Shown: piece after piece, positions 44,798 through 55,362 of the stretch
Numbering within the stretch: the stretch's first letter is position 1
Layout of the letters: each line of letters starts with the position of its first letter
Assembly (NCBI GenBank): GCA_964474435.1
Contig: CAYYSI010000002.1
Span: 163,604-227,603 of the forward strand
From: an uncultured Candidatus Saccharibacteria bacterium
GTDB lineage: Bacteria; Patescibacteriota; Minisyncoccia; Phycocordibacterales; UBA9973
Direction: 5' to 3'
Length of the DNA: 64,000 nucleotides
The notes under the pieces: model-generated
The model's database searches: none
Told to the model about the DNA's origin: nothing
What the model saw: the letters and a program-made list of their open reading frames with translations, nothing else
Made by a program: the position numbers and the translations under genes

Positions 44798-45559
44798 ATG
44801 ATAATTATAAAAACCGACAGCGAAATACAACGTTTAAAAAAAGGGGGACCAATTCTCGCTCGTATTTTGCGTGAAGTTGCGGCAGCGGTGAAGCCAGGCA
44901 TCACAACCAAGTCACTTGATGATCTTGCATACAAACTCATTATTGCCGCAGAATGCAAACCAGCATTTTTGAACTATCGGCCAGACAGTGCAGACATTCC
45001 ATACCCTGCAACACTCATCACCTCGGTGAACGAAGAAGTCGTGCACGGTATTCCCAATGATCGCGTGCTCAAAGAAGGTGATATTATTTCACTTGATTTG
45101 GGGTTGAACTACGAGGGCGTATTCCTCGATCACGCAATCACTGTCGGAGTTGGCGAAATCAAACCCAAAGACAAGGAGCTGTTGTCGATCACACAGTCTG
45201 CACTTGCAGAGGGTATTGCGGCAATTGCCCCAGGAGGTACTGTAGGAGACATCGGCTATGCGATCGAGCAATATGTGAAGCCGTACAAGCTCGGCATCGT
45301 CCGTGATCTCTCGGGTCATGGTGTCGGCCGCGAGATCCACGAAGACCCCTACGTGCCCAACTATGGCAAGAAGGGCAAGGGCGCCAAGCTCGTCCCGGGT
45401 ATGGTGATCGCCATTGAGCCAATGCTCACGAGAGGCTCAGAGGATGTCGTACTCCTTGCGGACGGCTATACACTCGTCACCCCCGACAAGTCCCGCGCCG
45501 CCCACTTTGAACACACAGTCCTGATCACTGAAGCAGGAGCCGAAATCCTCACAATCTAG
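44798..45559 (+). CDS. map: Methionine aminopeptidase type I.
   Basis: 253 aa. Metal ligands lie in ...DLGLNYEGVFLDHA..., ...HGVGREIHE... and ...AIEPM. Confidence 0.9.
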   Translation: MIIIKTDSEIQRLKKGGPILARILREVAAAVKPGITTKSLDDLAYKLIIAAECKPAFLNYRPDSADIPYPATLITSVNEEVVHGIPNDRVLKEGDIISLDLGLNYEGVFLDHAITVGVGEIKPKDKELLSITQSALAEGIAAIAPGGTVGDIGYAIEQYVKPYKLGIVRDLSGHGVGREIHEDPYVPNYGKKGKGAKLVPGMVIAIEPMLTRGSEDVVLLADGYTLVTPDKSRAAHFEHTVLITEAGAEILTI

Positions 45560-45585
45560 CTCTCAATTTGCTATACTAGTCCCAC

Positions 45586-48500
45586 ATGACCAAGGGAAAG
45601 AAAATCATTCTATCGATAGCACTATTTGTTGCTGCATTCTTCTGTACTACAGTATCTGCCCATGCGGCGGTCTATTATTTCAATAATGCAGTCAATACGT
45701 CCCCGACAACGCTGGGGAACTACTGGACTAATGTCGGCGCAACTACTCCCGCGGGTTCACTCCCTGATACTTCAGTGGACGAAGTCACTATTCTCACCGG
45801 TGCAACGTATGCAGGAGATGCTATCTTTAACGGCACTAGTACCAATGAGGGAACTGTAGATGGTAATGCTACATTTAACGACGATAGTATTAATAATGGA
45901 ACAGTCACAGGAGACGGGCTCTTTAATGGAGATGTGTCTGATACGTATGGGCCTATTATAGGTTCGCACACAAGAAAATATACAGCATCACTTCAAACAT
46001 TTCGTGACTTCGGTACTGATGGTCCTTGGATAGTCATTGCCGATGGAGCTGGTGTGGTGGTTGATGTTTCAGACTCAAATGCAGATGAGACCACTATATT
46101 TACGGCATTAAACGGAGCTTCTTTTATAGGAACAACGTTCGGACAAATTTTTCTATATAGTAATAAAATTTTTTTTAGTGCATCAAAACCTCTTGATCCA
46201 GAATCGATTCCTGACACGAGTGATTTTACTGTCAAGGTAAATGGCAGCCCTGTTTCGATTTCAAGTATTACTTTTGAAAACTCGAATCAGCGTGTAGTTG
46301 TAAATCTCTCTACTTCAGTGACATCTCGAGATACTGTAACCATAGCCTATACCCCCGGAAGCACACCTCTACAAACAGAGTTTGGCCATATTACTTCTCC
46401 TGCAATCTCAGAAACGTCAATCCCTCTTTCTGTTCCCTATGGAGGTGCATTTTATTCTTTTGCGACAGGTGGCAAACTCTATGTTCTTACACACGGATCG
46501 GACCTACTCCATATAATAGATGTTGCAACCAATACATTGATCGAATCAGTCTCAACTGGTGATGGTCCATACAATCTTGGGATTATTGGTAAAAAAATCT
46601 ATGTTGTAAATCAGCAAGCAAATACCGCAACAGTTATCGATACGACCAACAATACTGTTACTGCAACCGTTCCAGTTGCACCTCAAAATCCATACTATGC
46701 GAGCATTATTGGGACAAAAATGTATGCAAACAGTTTTACTGATAATAAACTCTCTATTATTGATACGAATACGGATATCGCATCAGTGATTACTGCCGGT
46801 GCAACACAGACATGGCTCCCTTTTGCTGTTGGAAGAAAAGTGTATATATCGAGTGTTGGCAAGGTTGCTGTTGTTGATGCTATAACAAACAGTGTCATCA
46901 CAACAATAGATACCCCAAATGGAGGTAACCGCTTTTTCGCCCTTGCTGGGACCAAACTATACGTGACGGCCTCTGGCGGCACCTATACATATGTTATTGA
47001 TACGATTACAGATACAGTTTTAGGCACATTGCCGATCGGACAAAGTTCTGAGGGGGCACTTACGATAAATAATAAAGTGTATATAAGTAACGGTGGTGCA
47101 AATACGATCAGTGTTGTAAATCCCTCTGCGAGTACAACAGGAAGCGTAATAGCAACTATCCCAATCAGCGATGGCTCTAGTCATTTATCAGTGTATGGTA
47201 AATATCTATATGTTGGTGGAACCACCCCCAATGTTATTGATACAACGACAGATACAAACCTTGGCGCAATAAGTCCACTTATTTTAAATTCTGTAAATTC
47301 CTTGATAACAAGGAGTGGTTCAACACTATATGTAACAGGTTCGGCAATTGGTAGTAGCTATGTTTTTGATGATGATGTACTTCCTTTCCTTATGCCCAAC
47401 CTCTCCTCCTTCTCAACCCCTTCTCCCTCCGCCTCATACCACACCGGCCAATCCATACCCATAGTTGCGCATTTTGGCCGCACTCTCGCTTCAGGTTCAA
47501 CGATGACCGTCCTTCTCAATAGTGGTGCCAGTATCGTCCTCAACAATGTTTCCGACGATACATTAAGCGGTACGTATATTGTCGGTTCTGGAGACTCATC
47601 CCCAGACCTCGCAGTCAGATCCATAACCTCTGCCTCTGTCTCAGACGGCACCCACTCTCGCACCACATACGACCTCCCATCTTCTCAAGGCGACTACACT
47701 ATCTTCCAAGGCGAAAACTCCTTCATCACCCGCAACCTCGGCGACGCCAAAAACATCAGTATCAACACCGTCCCCACAACGCTCGACACTGGCTCACACC
47801 CATACCAAGTCTCCCAAAGCATTAATGGCTTCATCTATGTTGCCAACCAAGGTGCAGGCACCGTCTCTGTCATCAATGAATCAACCGGTACACTCGCACA
47901 AACAATCACTGTCGGGCTTGAGCCATACGGCCTCGCACTCTCGGGTACTACGCTCTATGTTGCAAACACTGGTTCCGACACTGTTTCTGCAATCGATACG
48001 GCCTCAAAGACTGTTGTCGCGACTATTAGCGTTGGCGTCAAGCCATACTATGTCGCAGTCATTGGTACCAAGGTGTACGTGACTAACGGTGCATCAAACA
48101 CGGTCTCTGTCATCAATGCATTGAACAACACAGTCACCGCAACCATTGCAGTTGGCTCATATCCTCGCGGCATCAAAGCGCATGGCACTGATCTCTATGT
48201 TGCCAACTATGGAGATCCAAACTATTCAGGAGGAAATTATATCTCAGTTATCAACTCACTCAACAACACCGTCACCGATACAATCCTCCTTCCCGCAGAA
48301 AGTGACGGTCCTCGCGGAGTGTTCACTTTAGGTTCCAAGGTGTACGTCACAAACTTCCGTTCAAACAATGTTTCAGTTATCGACACTGCAACGAACTCCA
48401 TCACAGACACCATCAATGTCGGTATGGGTCCACGAGGTATCACCGGACTCGGCACCACACTTTACGTCGAGAACTTTGATGATGGCACGATCAGCATCAT

Positions 48501-49083
48501 CGACACTAACTCAAACACAGTCACTGATACCATTGATGTTGGATCAAGTCCTGCAGGTATGAGTATCTCAGGCACAGACATCTATGTCTCATCATTTCAG
48601 GATGACAAGCTGTATGTACTTGATACGACAACCAATACATTAAAAGGAACGGCAATCACTGTTGAAGAAGAGGAAGAAGAACAACCTCAAACTCACGGCC
48701 CCTCCGGTGGCGGCACCTACACACCCCCAACCCCCACCGACTGTCTCCCCGGCATGCGCTACTCTCCATCTACTGGACAACTATGCCCCATCATTTCTCC
48801 CACAAGTGGTCCCACTGCTCCACTTATACCCACAAAACCTTCATCCCCACCAACCTTCACCCGAACCCTCAAGCTCGGGTCTTCTGGTTCTGACGTCAAA
48901 GCACTCCAACAATACTTAAACTCTCACAACGTTATTGTTTCAACGGTTGGTGCAGGTTCTCCTGGAAAAGAAACAACACTCTTTGGTACCAAGACCAAAC
49001 TTGCAGTTATTAAATTCCAACTCATGAATAAATTGAAAGGGGATGGGATAGTCGGTCCAATGACGCGGAGCTTTCTTAAATAA
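45586..49083 (+). CDS. Giant secreted surface protein with YVTN-family beta-propeller repeats, a Glu6 linker and a C-terminal peptidoglycan-binding domain (PG_binding_1-like).
   Basis: 1165 aa. Signal MTKGKKIILSIALFVAAFFCTTVSAHAA. It has more than 15 approximately 40-aa repeats of the form LYV(A/T)N.GS.TVSVID.....V..TI.VG..P.G(I/L). A EEEEEEQP linker follows. The C-terminal LKLGSSGSDVKALQQYLN ... GDGIVGPMTRSFL resembles PG-binding domains. Confidence 0.7.
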   Translation: MTKGKKIILSIALFVAAFFCTTVSAHAAVYYFNNAVNTSPTTLGNYWTNVGATTPAGSLPDTSVDEVTILTGATYAGDAIFNGTSTNEGTVDGNATFNDDSINNGTVTGDGLFNGDVSDTYGPIIGSHTRKYTASLQTFRDFGTDGPWIVIADGAGVVVDVSDSNADETTIFTALNGASFIGTTFGQIFLYSNKIFFSASKPLDPESIPDTSDFTVKVNGSPVSISSITFENSNQRVVVNLSTSVTSRDTVTIAYTPGSTPLQTEFGHITSPAISETSIPLSVPYGGAFYSFATGGKLYVLTHGSDLLHIIDVATNTLIESVSTGDGPYNLGIIGKKIYVVNQQANTATVIDTTNNTVTATVPVAPQNPYYASIIGTKMYANSFTDNKLSIIDTNTDIASVITAGATQTWLPFAVGRKVYISSVGKVAVVDAITNSVITTIDTPNGGNRFFALAGTKLYVTASGGTYTYVIDTITDTVLGTLPIGQSSEGALTINNKVYISNGGANTISVVNPSASTTGSVIATIPISDGSSHLSVYGKYLYVGGTTPNVIDTTTDTNLGAISPLILNSVNSLITRSGSTLYVTGSAIGSSYVFDDDVLPFLMPNLSSFSTPSPSASYHTGQSIPIVAHFGRTLASGSTMTVLLNSGASIVLNNVSDDTLSGTYIVGSGDSSPDLAVRSITSASVSDGTHSRTTYDLPSSQGDYTIFQGENSFITRNLGDAKNISINTVPTTLDTGSHPYQVSQSINGFIYVANQGAGTVSVINESTGTLAQTITVGLEPYGLALSGTTLYVANTGSDTVSAIDTASKTVVATISVGVKPYYVAVIGTKVYVTNGASNTVSVINALNNTVTATIAVGSYPRGIKAHGTDLYVANYGDPNYSGGNYISVINSLNNTVTDTILLPAESDGPRGVFTLGSKVYVTNFRSNNVSVIDTATNSITDTINVGMGPRGITGLGTTLYVENFDDGTISIIDTNSNTVTDTIDVGSSPAGMSISGTDIYVSSFQDDKLYVLDTTTNTLKGTAITVEEEEEEQPQTHGPSGGGTYTPPTPTDCLPGMRYSPSTGQLCPIISPTSGPTAPLIPTKPSSPPTFTRTLKLGSSGSDVKALQQYLNSHNVIVSTVGAGSPGKETTLFGTKTKLAVIKFQLMNKLKGDGIVGPMTRSFLK

Positions 49084-49092
49084 TAGATTTGA

Positions 49093-49128
49093 ATAAAAAA
49101 TCCCTCTCGAGATGAGAGGGATTTTTTA
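49093..49128. terminator. Bidirectional intrinsic terminator between the giant surface-protein gene (+) and rplT (-).
   Basis: aaaaaatccctctc-gagat-gagagggattttttag. Confidence 0.6.
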
Positions 49129-49139
49129 GTATGGACTCC

Positions 49140-49487
49140 TTATTTGTTTACAGTATCAAACACTCGCTTGAAACTTTCTGGGTTGTTTTGGGCGAGAGAG
49201 GAGAGGATCTTGCGGTCAACGATGATGCCAGCTTTGGTAAGCTTGTCGATGAATGTTGAGTAGGTACCGCCAAGTGCGCGAACGCCTGCATTGATACGAA
49301 CCTGCCAGATACGGCGAGCTTCACCCTTTTTGTCGCGTCGGTGTGCAAAGGCGTATGAACCAGCGTGGAAGATTGCTTCTTTAGCCTGTGCTTCCTTGGT
49401 TGAGCGGCCGAAACGGTACCCCTTTGTCATTGAAAGGACATTCTTTCGACGCTTGTTTGCAATTGTTCCTCTTTTTACGCGTGTCAT
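49140..49487 (-). CDS. rplT: 50S ribosomal protein L20.
   Basis: 115 aa. MTRVKRGTIANKRRKNVL..TKGYRFGRS. Confidence 0.9.
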   Translation of the reverse strand: MTRVKRGTIANKRRKNVLSMTKGYRFGRSTKEAQAKEAIFHAGSYAFAHRRDKKGEARRIWQVRINAGVRALGGTYSTFIDKLTKAGIIVDRKILSSLAQNNPESFKRVFDTVNK

Positions 49488-49509
49488 GGTAGTGGGATAG
49501 TATTAAAAA

Positions 49510-49698
49510 TTATTTGGTGATAAAGCGGCTTTCTGCCTTTGCAGTCATATTGAAAGCAACCATCTTCTTGCCAGCAAGCTGCTTGGTGCGAGACTGCTTT
49601 GCATTGAAGTGGTTAAAGCCTGGCTTGCGGCCGAGGATTTTGCCCGTAGGGGTTACCTTGAGGCGCTTCATGAATGATTTGTTCGTTTTCGTACTCAT
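49510..49698 (-). CDS. rpmI: 50S ribosomal protein L35.
   Basis: 62 aa. MSTKTNKSFMKRLKVTPTGKIL.RK.G..H. Confidence 0.85.
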   Translation of the reverse strand: MSTKTNKSFMKRLKVTPTGKILGRKPGFNHFNAKQSRTKQLAGKKMVAFNMTAKAESRFITK

Positions 49699-49702
49699 AG
49701 AT

Positions 49703-50266
49703 TTATGCTGCGTTTGGCTGTTCCACGGGTTTTGGGGCTTCTTTGGACACTTCCTTGGTACCCTTGTCTCGTTCGATAACGACTGCGAGACCCTTGGGAG
49801 AGCGCTTATGTGGCTCAGCTATCTTATAGTGTTCTGTCACAAAATGCAAGACCCGGTCAAGGCGCTCCCGGAGGAAGGCGTCATCCATACCCTTGGAGCG
49901 GCCTCGGAGGTAGAGCTCCACTTTGATGCGGTGGCCGTCCTTGAGCCAGCCCGAAGCCTGACGAGCTTTCATCTCGAGATCGTGGTCACCAGTCCCTACT
50001 TTGATCTGGATAGACTTGGTTTCGGTGGCTTTTGCACCAGATTTTGCCTTTTGGGCCTTTTTCTTGAGTTCGTACTGGTATTTGCCAAACTCCATGAGCT
50101 TGCAGATTGGCGGTTTTGCAGCAGGACTGATCTCGATCAAGTCGACACCACGGTCTTCGGCCATTTTGAGCGCATCAGCAAATGGAAAGACTCCAAGGTT
50201 TGTTCCCTCATCGTCGATCACACGAACTTCGGCCGCACGTATTTGTTTGTTGATTCGTTCCTTCAA
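49703..50266 (-). CDS. infC: Translation initiation factor IF-3.
   Basis: 187 aa. INKQIRAAEVRVIDDEGTNLGV ... KVELYLRGR and a basic C-terminal tail. Canonical infC-rpmI-rplT order. Confidence 0.85.
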   Translation of the reverse strand: MKERINKQIRAAEVRVIDDEGTNLGVFPFADALKMAEDRGVDLIEISPAAKPPICKLMEFGKYQYELKKKAQKAKSGAKATETKSIQIKVGTGDHDLEMKARQASGWLKDGHRIKVELYLRGRSKGMDDAFLRERLDRVLHFVTEHYKIAEPHKRSPKGLAVVIERDKGTKEVSKEAPKPVEQPNAA

Positions 50267-50285
50267 GAAAGCTATAGTTGGGTTA

Positions 50286-51056
50286 ATGTCTCAATATCAT
50301 ACTAACAAAACGCCCCAAAGTCAATCATTTTCTGGCATATTTCCTATACAGAAATACCGAGGGGAGACCCTCGCAGTACTCCTTGCGCGTTTTCGTCATG
50401 AGCACGGCCTCGATATTGAAACCAAACTCACCTATGCAGGACGCCTCGATCCCATGGCCCAAGGTATGGTGCTCATACTTGCAGGGGTTGCCCGGTTTGA
50501 AAAGGATGCACTCCTTGGTCTCACGAAAATATATGACGTCGACATCTTGCTCGGTGTAGCGACAGATACCCAAGACCCGCTCGGACTCATTACTGGTACA
50601 CACTCTGTAGGCCTCGAAGCGGATGTAATACAAAAAGCCGTATCAGACATGACCTCGATCACGACATTGCCGTACCCAATGTACTCATCGGTGCCCGTCG
50701 ACGGCCAGCCACTCTTTGTGCATGCACGAGAAGGAAATGAGGTACTCGTTCCACAAAAAAAGGTGACTATATATAGTGCAGAATTACTCAGTATTGAAAA
50801 AATATCTCTCAGGACACTGGCAACAAGCGCGATCAGTGACATACAAAAAGTGGTAGGGGACTTCCGACAAGCAGATATCATCACGTGTTGGCAACAATTG
50901 GCAACAGAACATACTGAAATACAACTCGTGAAAGTTCGCATCACTGCTTCCTCTGGTACCTATATGAGATCACTCGCTGCCTGGTTGGGAGAGCGGCTTG
51001 GTGTACCAGCGCTTGCATACACCATCATTAGAAAAAGTATTGGAGAGTACACCTAA
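50286..51056 (+). CDS. truB: tRNA pseudouridine(55) synthase TruB-like, without a PUA domain.
   Basis: The start was re-chosen at MSQYHTNK within ORF 50001-51056, whose 5' part is antisense to infC. AGRLDPMAQGMVLILAG holds the catalytic Asp. LGLTKIYDVDILLGVATDTQDPLG matches the TruB pattern K.Y.....LG..TDT.D..G. SSGTYMRSLAAWLGERLG matches the TruB GTYIRT region. Confidence 0.75.
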   Translation: MSQYHTNKTPQSQSFSGIFPIQKYRGETLAVLLARFRHEHGLDIETKLTYAGRLDPMAQGMVLILAGVARFEKDALLGLTKIYDVDILLGVATDTQDPLGLITGTHSVGLEADVIQKAVSDMTSITTLPYPMYSSVPVDGQPLFVHAREGNEVLVPQKKVTIYSAELLSIEKISLRTLATSAISDIQKVVGDFRQADIITCWQQLATEHTEIQLVKVRITASSGTYMRSLAAWLGERLGVPALAYTIIRKSIGEYT

Positions 51057-51114
51057 AAAATAAAACATTTTATTTTTTCTTTAGAACAAGTGCGCTATAC
51101 TTGTTCTAATTCGT

Positions 51115-53316
51115 ATGAATCGTCGCATCCACATTTTTTTTATTCCTGCAGTCGTGTGTATTGGTGCACTCGGTATCACGTATTTATTGTGGATGTTTAC
51201 CAAAGCCAGTCTCGCATCTCAAGCAACGGCACAATTTCAATCGCGCAGTACTGAAATCAAATCATTGATTTCAAAAAAGATGGAGGTGTATACCGGACTC
51301 CTTTCTGGGGCACAAGGACTCTTTGCTGCGTCAGACACCGTTGAGGCTGATGAGTGGAGTTCGTATGTCGCCAAACTTGATTTAGCACATCAGTACAAAG
51401 GAGCCGCAGGAATGTCGTTCATCAAGCGCGTACCTAAAGCTGAGGTTGCCTCATTTCCATATACTATTTATCCTTCCACCAAAAAAGAGGTGTATTATCC
51501 ATTTGCGTATGTGAGTTCTATAACTGACACCGCCAAGAAAACACTTGGCTTTGATGCAAGCTCAGAATCAAAACGCTTTGATGCACTCATGACTGCCGCA
51601 AAGACTGATACACCAACGGCATCTGCAGTCGTGCTCAGTGTCAGTGCACAGCTCCCATCTTTTTCTATCTATGCACCGATTTATACAAATGGCGCACGTC
51701 ACACGACGCAATCTGAACGCATGAATGCACTCAAGGGATTTGTGATTATCGGATTTCGCGTCGAGGAGTTGTTTGCTGATATTGCCGCAGACCCAACCTT
51801 TGACAAAAACATCGATCTCGAGATTTATGATGCAACGTCCGAGGGGCAGGCAACTGCCGAGACACTGATTTATGATACGGACAAACAGGCACACGCACTG
51901 GAACGCACTGCATCTCGCGTGACGACTGTGCAGACGATCAAGGTTGCAGGTCGCACGTGGACACTCTACTTTTCTGCGGATGAAGGCTATCAGTTCAATA
52001 ATATTGAATCATACGCACCACTCGTTGTGCTCTTTGGGGGGATACTGGTCAGTATTATTTTGACATGGCTCATGTATATCTATGCTGCATCGCGCAACCG
52101 CGCTATTGCACTGGCGAACAAAATCACCAAAGATCTTGCAGCGCAAACGGTGGAGCTCAAACGAGAGACCAAGGCGCTCGCTGAAATAAAGGCGAAAGAT
52201 GAGGCAATCCTCAGTTCAATCGGGGATGGTGTTGCGGTTGCAGATACGACGGGCAAACTCATTTATTGGAATACGGCAGCAGAAGAAATTGTGGGAATAA
52301 AATTTGGCGAAACACAGTCAGACGATTGGGAAAAAACGTACGGCGTATTTTATCCTGATGAAAAAACGCCGATGCCCGGAGAGGAGCAAGCGCTCGCACT
52401 TGCCGTCAAAGGCCAAACGATTGATGCAATGCCGGAGTTCATCAGAAATGCTGGCGTACCAGAAGGCCGCCACATCGCAGTCAGTGCCAAGCCAGTGAAG
52501 CTTGCCGACGGCACCGTGCTTGGTGCAGTTGCGATATTTCGCGATGTAACCAAGGAATTCGAAGTCGACAAGGCAAAGACTGAGTTTGTCTCGCTCGCAT
52601 CTCATCAACTGCGCACACCACTGACTGCGATCAACTGGTATTCCGAAATGTTGGGAACGACGGGCAAGCTTACCAAAGATCAACAATCATTTGCAGCAGA
52701 AATCAACACTGCATCGACGCGTATGTCGGACCTCGTGAACTCACTCCTCAACGTCTCTCGGCTTGAGCTCGGCACATTTGCAATCGAACCAGAGCCTGCA
52801 GATATTGTCGCAATTGCAGAAGCGGCGATCCATGAACAAGAGATAACATTCAAGACAAAGAAGCAGACATTTACCTTTACGCATGATGATGCACTTCCAA
52901 CACTTGCGCTCGACAAACGACTTATTCACATCACAATCCAAAACCTGCTTTCAAATGCATCAAAGTATACGCCTGATGGCGGTGAAGTAACGCTTGCAAT
53001 TACCAAGAAAGGTAAGGGTATTCGTATCACATGTATAGACAACGGCTACGGCATTCCAAAGGCACAGCAAAAAGACATGTTCAAGAAACTCTTCCGTGCA
53101 GACAATGTCAAAAAACTTGCGATCGAAGGCACTGGGCTTGGTCTCTACATTATCAAAAGCATCATTGAAGCAGCTGGATCCACCATTTCTTTCAAATCAA
53201 CCGAAGGAAAAGGAACGACATTTACCATTGATATTCCCGCGGGTGGTATGAAATCAAAAATAGGTGATCGTACACTCTCGCAGAGTGTGGGGGATTCTGC
53301 TATACTCAAGAAATAA
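51115..53316 (+). CDS. Sensor histidine kinase with an extracytoplasmic CHASE-like domain, PAS, HisKA and HATPase_c.
   Basis: 733 aa with two TM helices flanking a ~270-aa periplasmic domain. H-box SHQLRTPLTAI. N/G boxes NLLSNASKYTPDGG ... DNGYGIP ... GTGLGLYIIK. Confidence 0.8.
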   Translation: MNRRIHIFFIPAVVCIGALGITYLLWMFTKASLASQATAQFQSRSTEIKSLISKKMEVYTGLLSGAQGLFAASDTVEADEWSSYVAKLDLAHQYKGAAGMSFIKRVPKAEVASFPYTIYPSTKKEVYYPFAYVSSITDTAKKTLGFDASSESKRFDALMTAAKTDTPTASAVVLSVSAQLPSFSIYAPIYTNGARHTTQSERMNALKGFVIIGFRVEELFADIAADPTFDKNIDLEIYDATSEGQATAETLIYDTDKQAHALERTASRVTTVQTIKVAGRTWTLYFSADEGYQFNNIESYAPLVVLFGGILVSIILTWLMYIYAASRNRAIALANKITKDLAAQTVELKRETKALAEIKAKDEAILSSIGDGVAVADTTGKLIYWNTAAEEIVGIKFGETQSDDWEKTYGVFYPDEKTPMPGEEQALALAVKGQTIDAMPEFIRNAGVPEGRHIAVSAKPVKLADGTVLGAVAIFRDVTKEFEVDKAKTEFVSLASHQLRTPLTAINWYSEMLGTTGKLTKDQQSFAAEINTASTRMSDLVNSLLNVSRLELGTFAIEPEPADIVAIAEAAIHEQEITFKTKKQTFTFTHDDALPTLALDKRLIHITIQNLLSNASKYTPDGGEVTLAITKKGKGIRITCIDNGYGIPKAQQKDMFKKLFRADNVKKLAIEGTGLGLYIIKSIIEAAGSTISFKSTEGKGTTFTIDIPAGGMKSKIGDRTLSQSVGDSAILKK

Positions 53317-53687
53317 TGAACACTGGAAAACACATTCTTATTGCCGAAGATGAGAAGCCGCTTTCTCGAGCACTTGAACTAAAACTCGCAAGCGAGGGAT
53401 TTGTCATTGATACTGCATTTGATGGTGAGACGGTCAAAGAAAAGATTGCTGCAAACACGTACGACATTATTCTCATGGACCTCATGATGCCCAACCATGA
53501 TGGCTTTGCAGTGATCGAGGATCTCAAGTCTCGCGGCATCACGACTCCAGTTGTCATCATGTCCAACCTCAGCCAAGACTCTGATCGCAACCGTGCCGCG
53601 ATCGCTGGTGCAAGTCACTACTTCGTCAAGGCAGATGTGAAGCTCGCCGATATTGTTAGCTATATCAAAGAAACACTTAGTCATTAA
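53316..53687 (+). CDS. Single-domain response regulator (CheY-like receiver).
   Basis: 123 aa. ILIAEDE...DIILMDLMMP(N)HDG ... VVIMSN are the canonical receiver motifs. Translationally coupled to the kinase (overlapping stop/start). Confidence 0.8.
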   Translation: MNTGKHILIAEDEKPLSRALELKLASEGFVIDTAFDGETVKEKIAANTYDIILMDLMMPNHDGFAVIEDLKSRGITTPVVIMSNLSQDSDRNRAAIAGASHYFVKADVKLADIVSYIKETLSH

Positions 53688-53694
53688 AATCACC

Positions 53695-55362
53695 ATGTTT
53701 GACCAGGCTCTTTATCAAAACATTCTCCTCGATCAAAACTACATTAGTCCCGCTGATGCGGCAGCTGCCAGTGCATACGAGGCAGCAGGACGGGGGACAT
53801 TTATCGAATACCTTCTCCAAAACGATATTCTCAATGAGTCGACCCTTGGCCTTGCGATTGCCGAGCACTACAACACGACGTTTGCAGACCTTGGTACTCG
53901 ACCACCATCTGATGTCGACATGGCTCGCATTCCCGAAGATATTTCCAAGAAATACCGCATCGTATTTATCGATGGTACCGAGACCGCAGTCCGAGTTGCA
54001 AGTGATACGCCTGATAATGCAGAGCTTCCAGGCGTCCTTGCGACTCTCTTTCCGAACATACCGGTGACGATATCGTTTGCATTTACGACTGCGATCGACA
54101 CCGTGCTCAGCCATTACCAAAAGGCGCTCAATACCCGATTTTCTGATATTATCAAAGGCGACAAACGCGTTGCCCCAGAAATCTTTGATGAGATCATCAA
54201 AGACGCGATTTCATTTCGTGCATCCGACATTCACTTTGAGCCCGCACTGACCAAGGCGATCGTCAGATTCCGTGTTGACGGCATGCTGAGGTTGGCAGGC
54301 GAGATCCCACGTGAGTATTACGAAAATGTATTGAACCGCATCAAGATCCAATCAAATCTCCGTACTGACGAGCACTTTGCACCACAGGATGGCGCGATCC
54401 GATTTGTTTCGGCAGCTACCACAGTCGATCTCCGTGTGTCCATTGTTCCGACCCTTGATGGCGAAAAGGTCGTGATCCGCGTGCTTGCAGAATACGTCAA
54501 AGGGCTCACCTTTGCAGATCTCGGATTTTCTGATCGCAACATCGCACTCCTTGAAGCGGCAGCGCGCAAGCCGTTTGGGATGATCATCGTCTCTGGACCG
54601 ACTGGATCTGGAAAGACGACGACATTGTATTCACTCATCAAGAAACTCAATACGCCCGAAGTCAACATCACAAGTATTGAAGACCCGGTTGAGTACCGTA
54701 TGATTGGTGCAAACCAGATCCAGGTTAACCCCAAGACCGATCTCACCTTTGCCAAAGGGTTGCGCGCCATCGTTCGTCAGGACCCCAACATTATTTTGGT
54801 CGGAGAAATCCGTGATACGGAGACTGCAGAGACCGCAGTGAATGCCGCATTGACTGGCCACCTGCTCCTTTCTACATTCCATGCAAATGATGCAGCAACA
54901 ACGATCCCGAGACTTTTGGAAATGTCGATCGAGCCATTCCTTCTTGCATCGACCGTAGAGCTCATCATCGCACAGCGACTCGTGCGCACTATCTGTGAAT
55001 CCTGTAAGCAAAGTTACAAGACAACACCTGCCAAACTCACAGAGCTCTTTCCGCAAGCAAAAAATTATTTCTCAGGCGCATCACTCACGCTCTACAAAGG
55101 CAACGGCTGTACTGCATGCAACAACACAGGATACCTCGGACGCACGTCTATCATCGAGATCATTTCAGTCGACAAGTCACTTCGCGAGCTCATTGTGACT
55201 CGGCCATCGGCAGGCGAGATTTGGGATGCGGCCAAGCGTGCAGGAGCACAGTCACTCTTTGATGATGGTATCAGCAAGGTCAAAGTTGGTGTCACCACGG
55301 TCGAAGAAATCCTGCGTGTCGCTTCTCCTGATCAGACTATTCAAATCCCCAAGAAGGTATGA
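53695..55362 (+). CDS. pilB: Type IV pilus / type II secretion assembly ATPase (PilB/GspE family).
   Basis: The start was re-chosen at MFDQALYQ within ORF 53653-55362. N-terminal GSPII_E_N domain. Walker A GPTGSGKTTTL. GEIRD...A..AA.TGH and the tetracysteine motif CESCK...C.AC. Confidence 0.85.
   Translation: MFDQALYQNILLDQNYISPADAAAASAYEAAGRGTFIEYLLQNDILNESTLGLAIAEHYNTTFADLGTRPPSDVDMARIPEDISKKYRIVFIDGTETAVRVASDTPDNAELPGVLATLFPNIPVTISFAFTTAIDTVLSHYQKALNTRFSDIIKGDKRVAPEIFDEIIKDAISFRASDIHFEPALTKAIVRFRVDGMLRLAGEIPREYYENVLNRIKIQSNLRTDEHFAPQDGAIRFVSAATTVDLRVSIVPTLDGEKVVIRVLAEYVKGLTFADLGFSDRNIALLEAAARKPFGMIIVSGPTGSGKTTTLYSLIKKLNTPEVNITSIEDPVEYRMIGANQIQVNPKTDLTFAKGLRAIVRQDPNIILVGEIRDTETAETAVNAALTGHLLLSTFHANDAATTIPRLLEMSIEPFLLASTVELIIAQRLVRTICESCKQSYKTTPAKLTELFPQAKNYFSGASLTLYKGNGCTACNNTGYLGRTSIIEIISVDKSLRELIVTRPSAGEIWDAAKRAGAQSLFDDGISKVKVGVTTVEEILRVASPDQTIQIPKKV

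Noticed and set aside
50001-50285. 5' 95 codons of track ORF 50001-51056
   Set aside because: This part is antisense to infC. TruB homology begins only at MSQYHTNK (50286), so the upstream extension is discarded.
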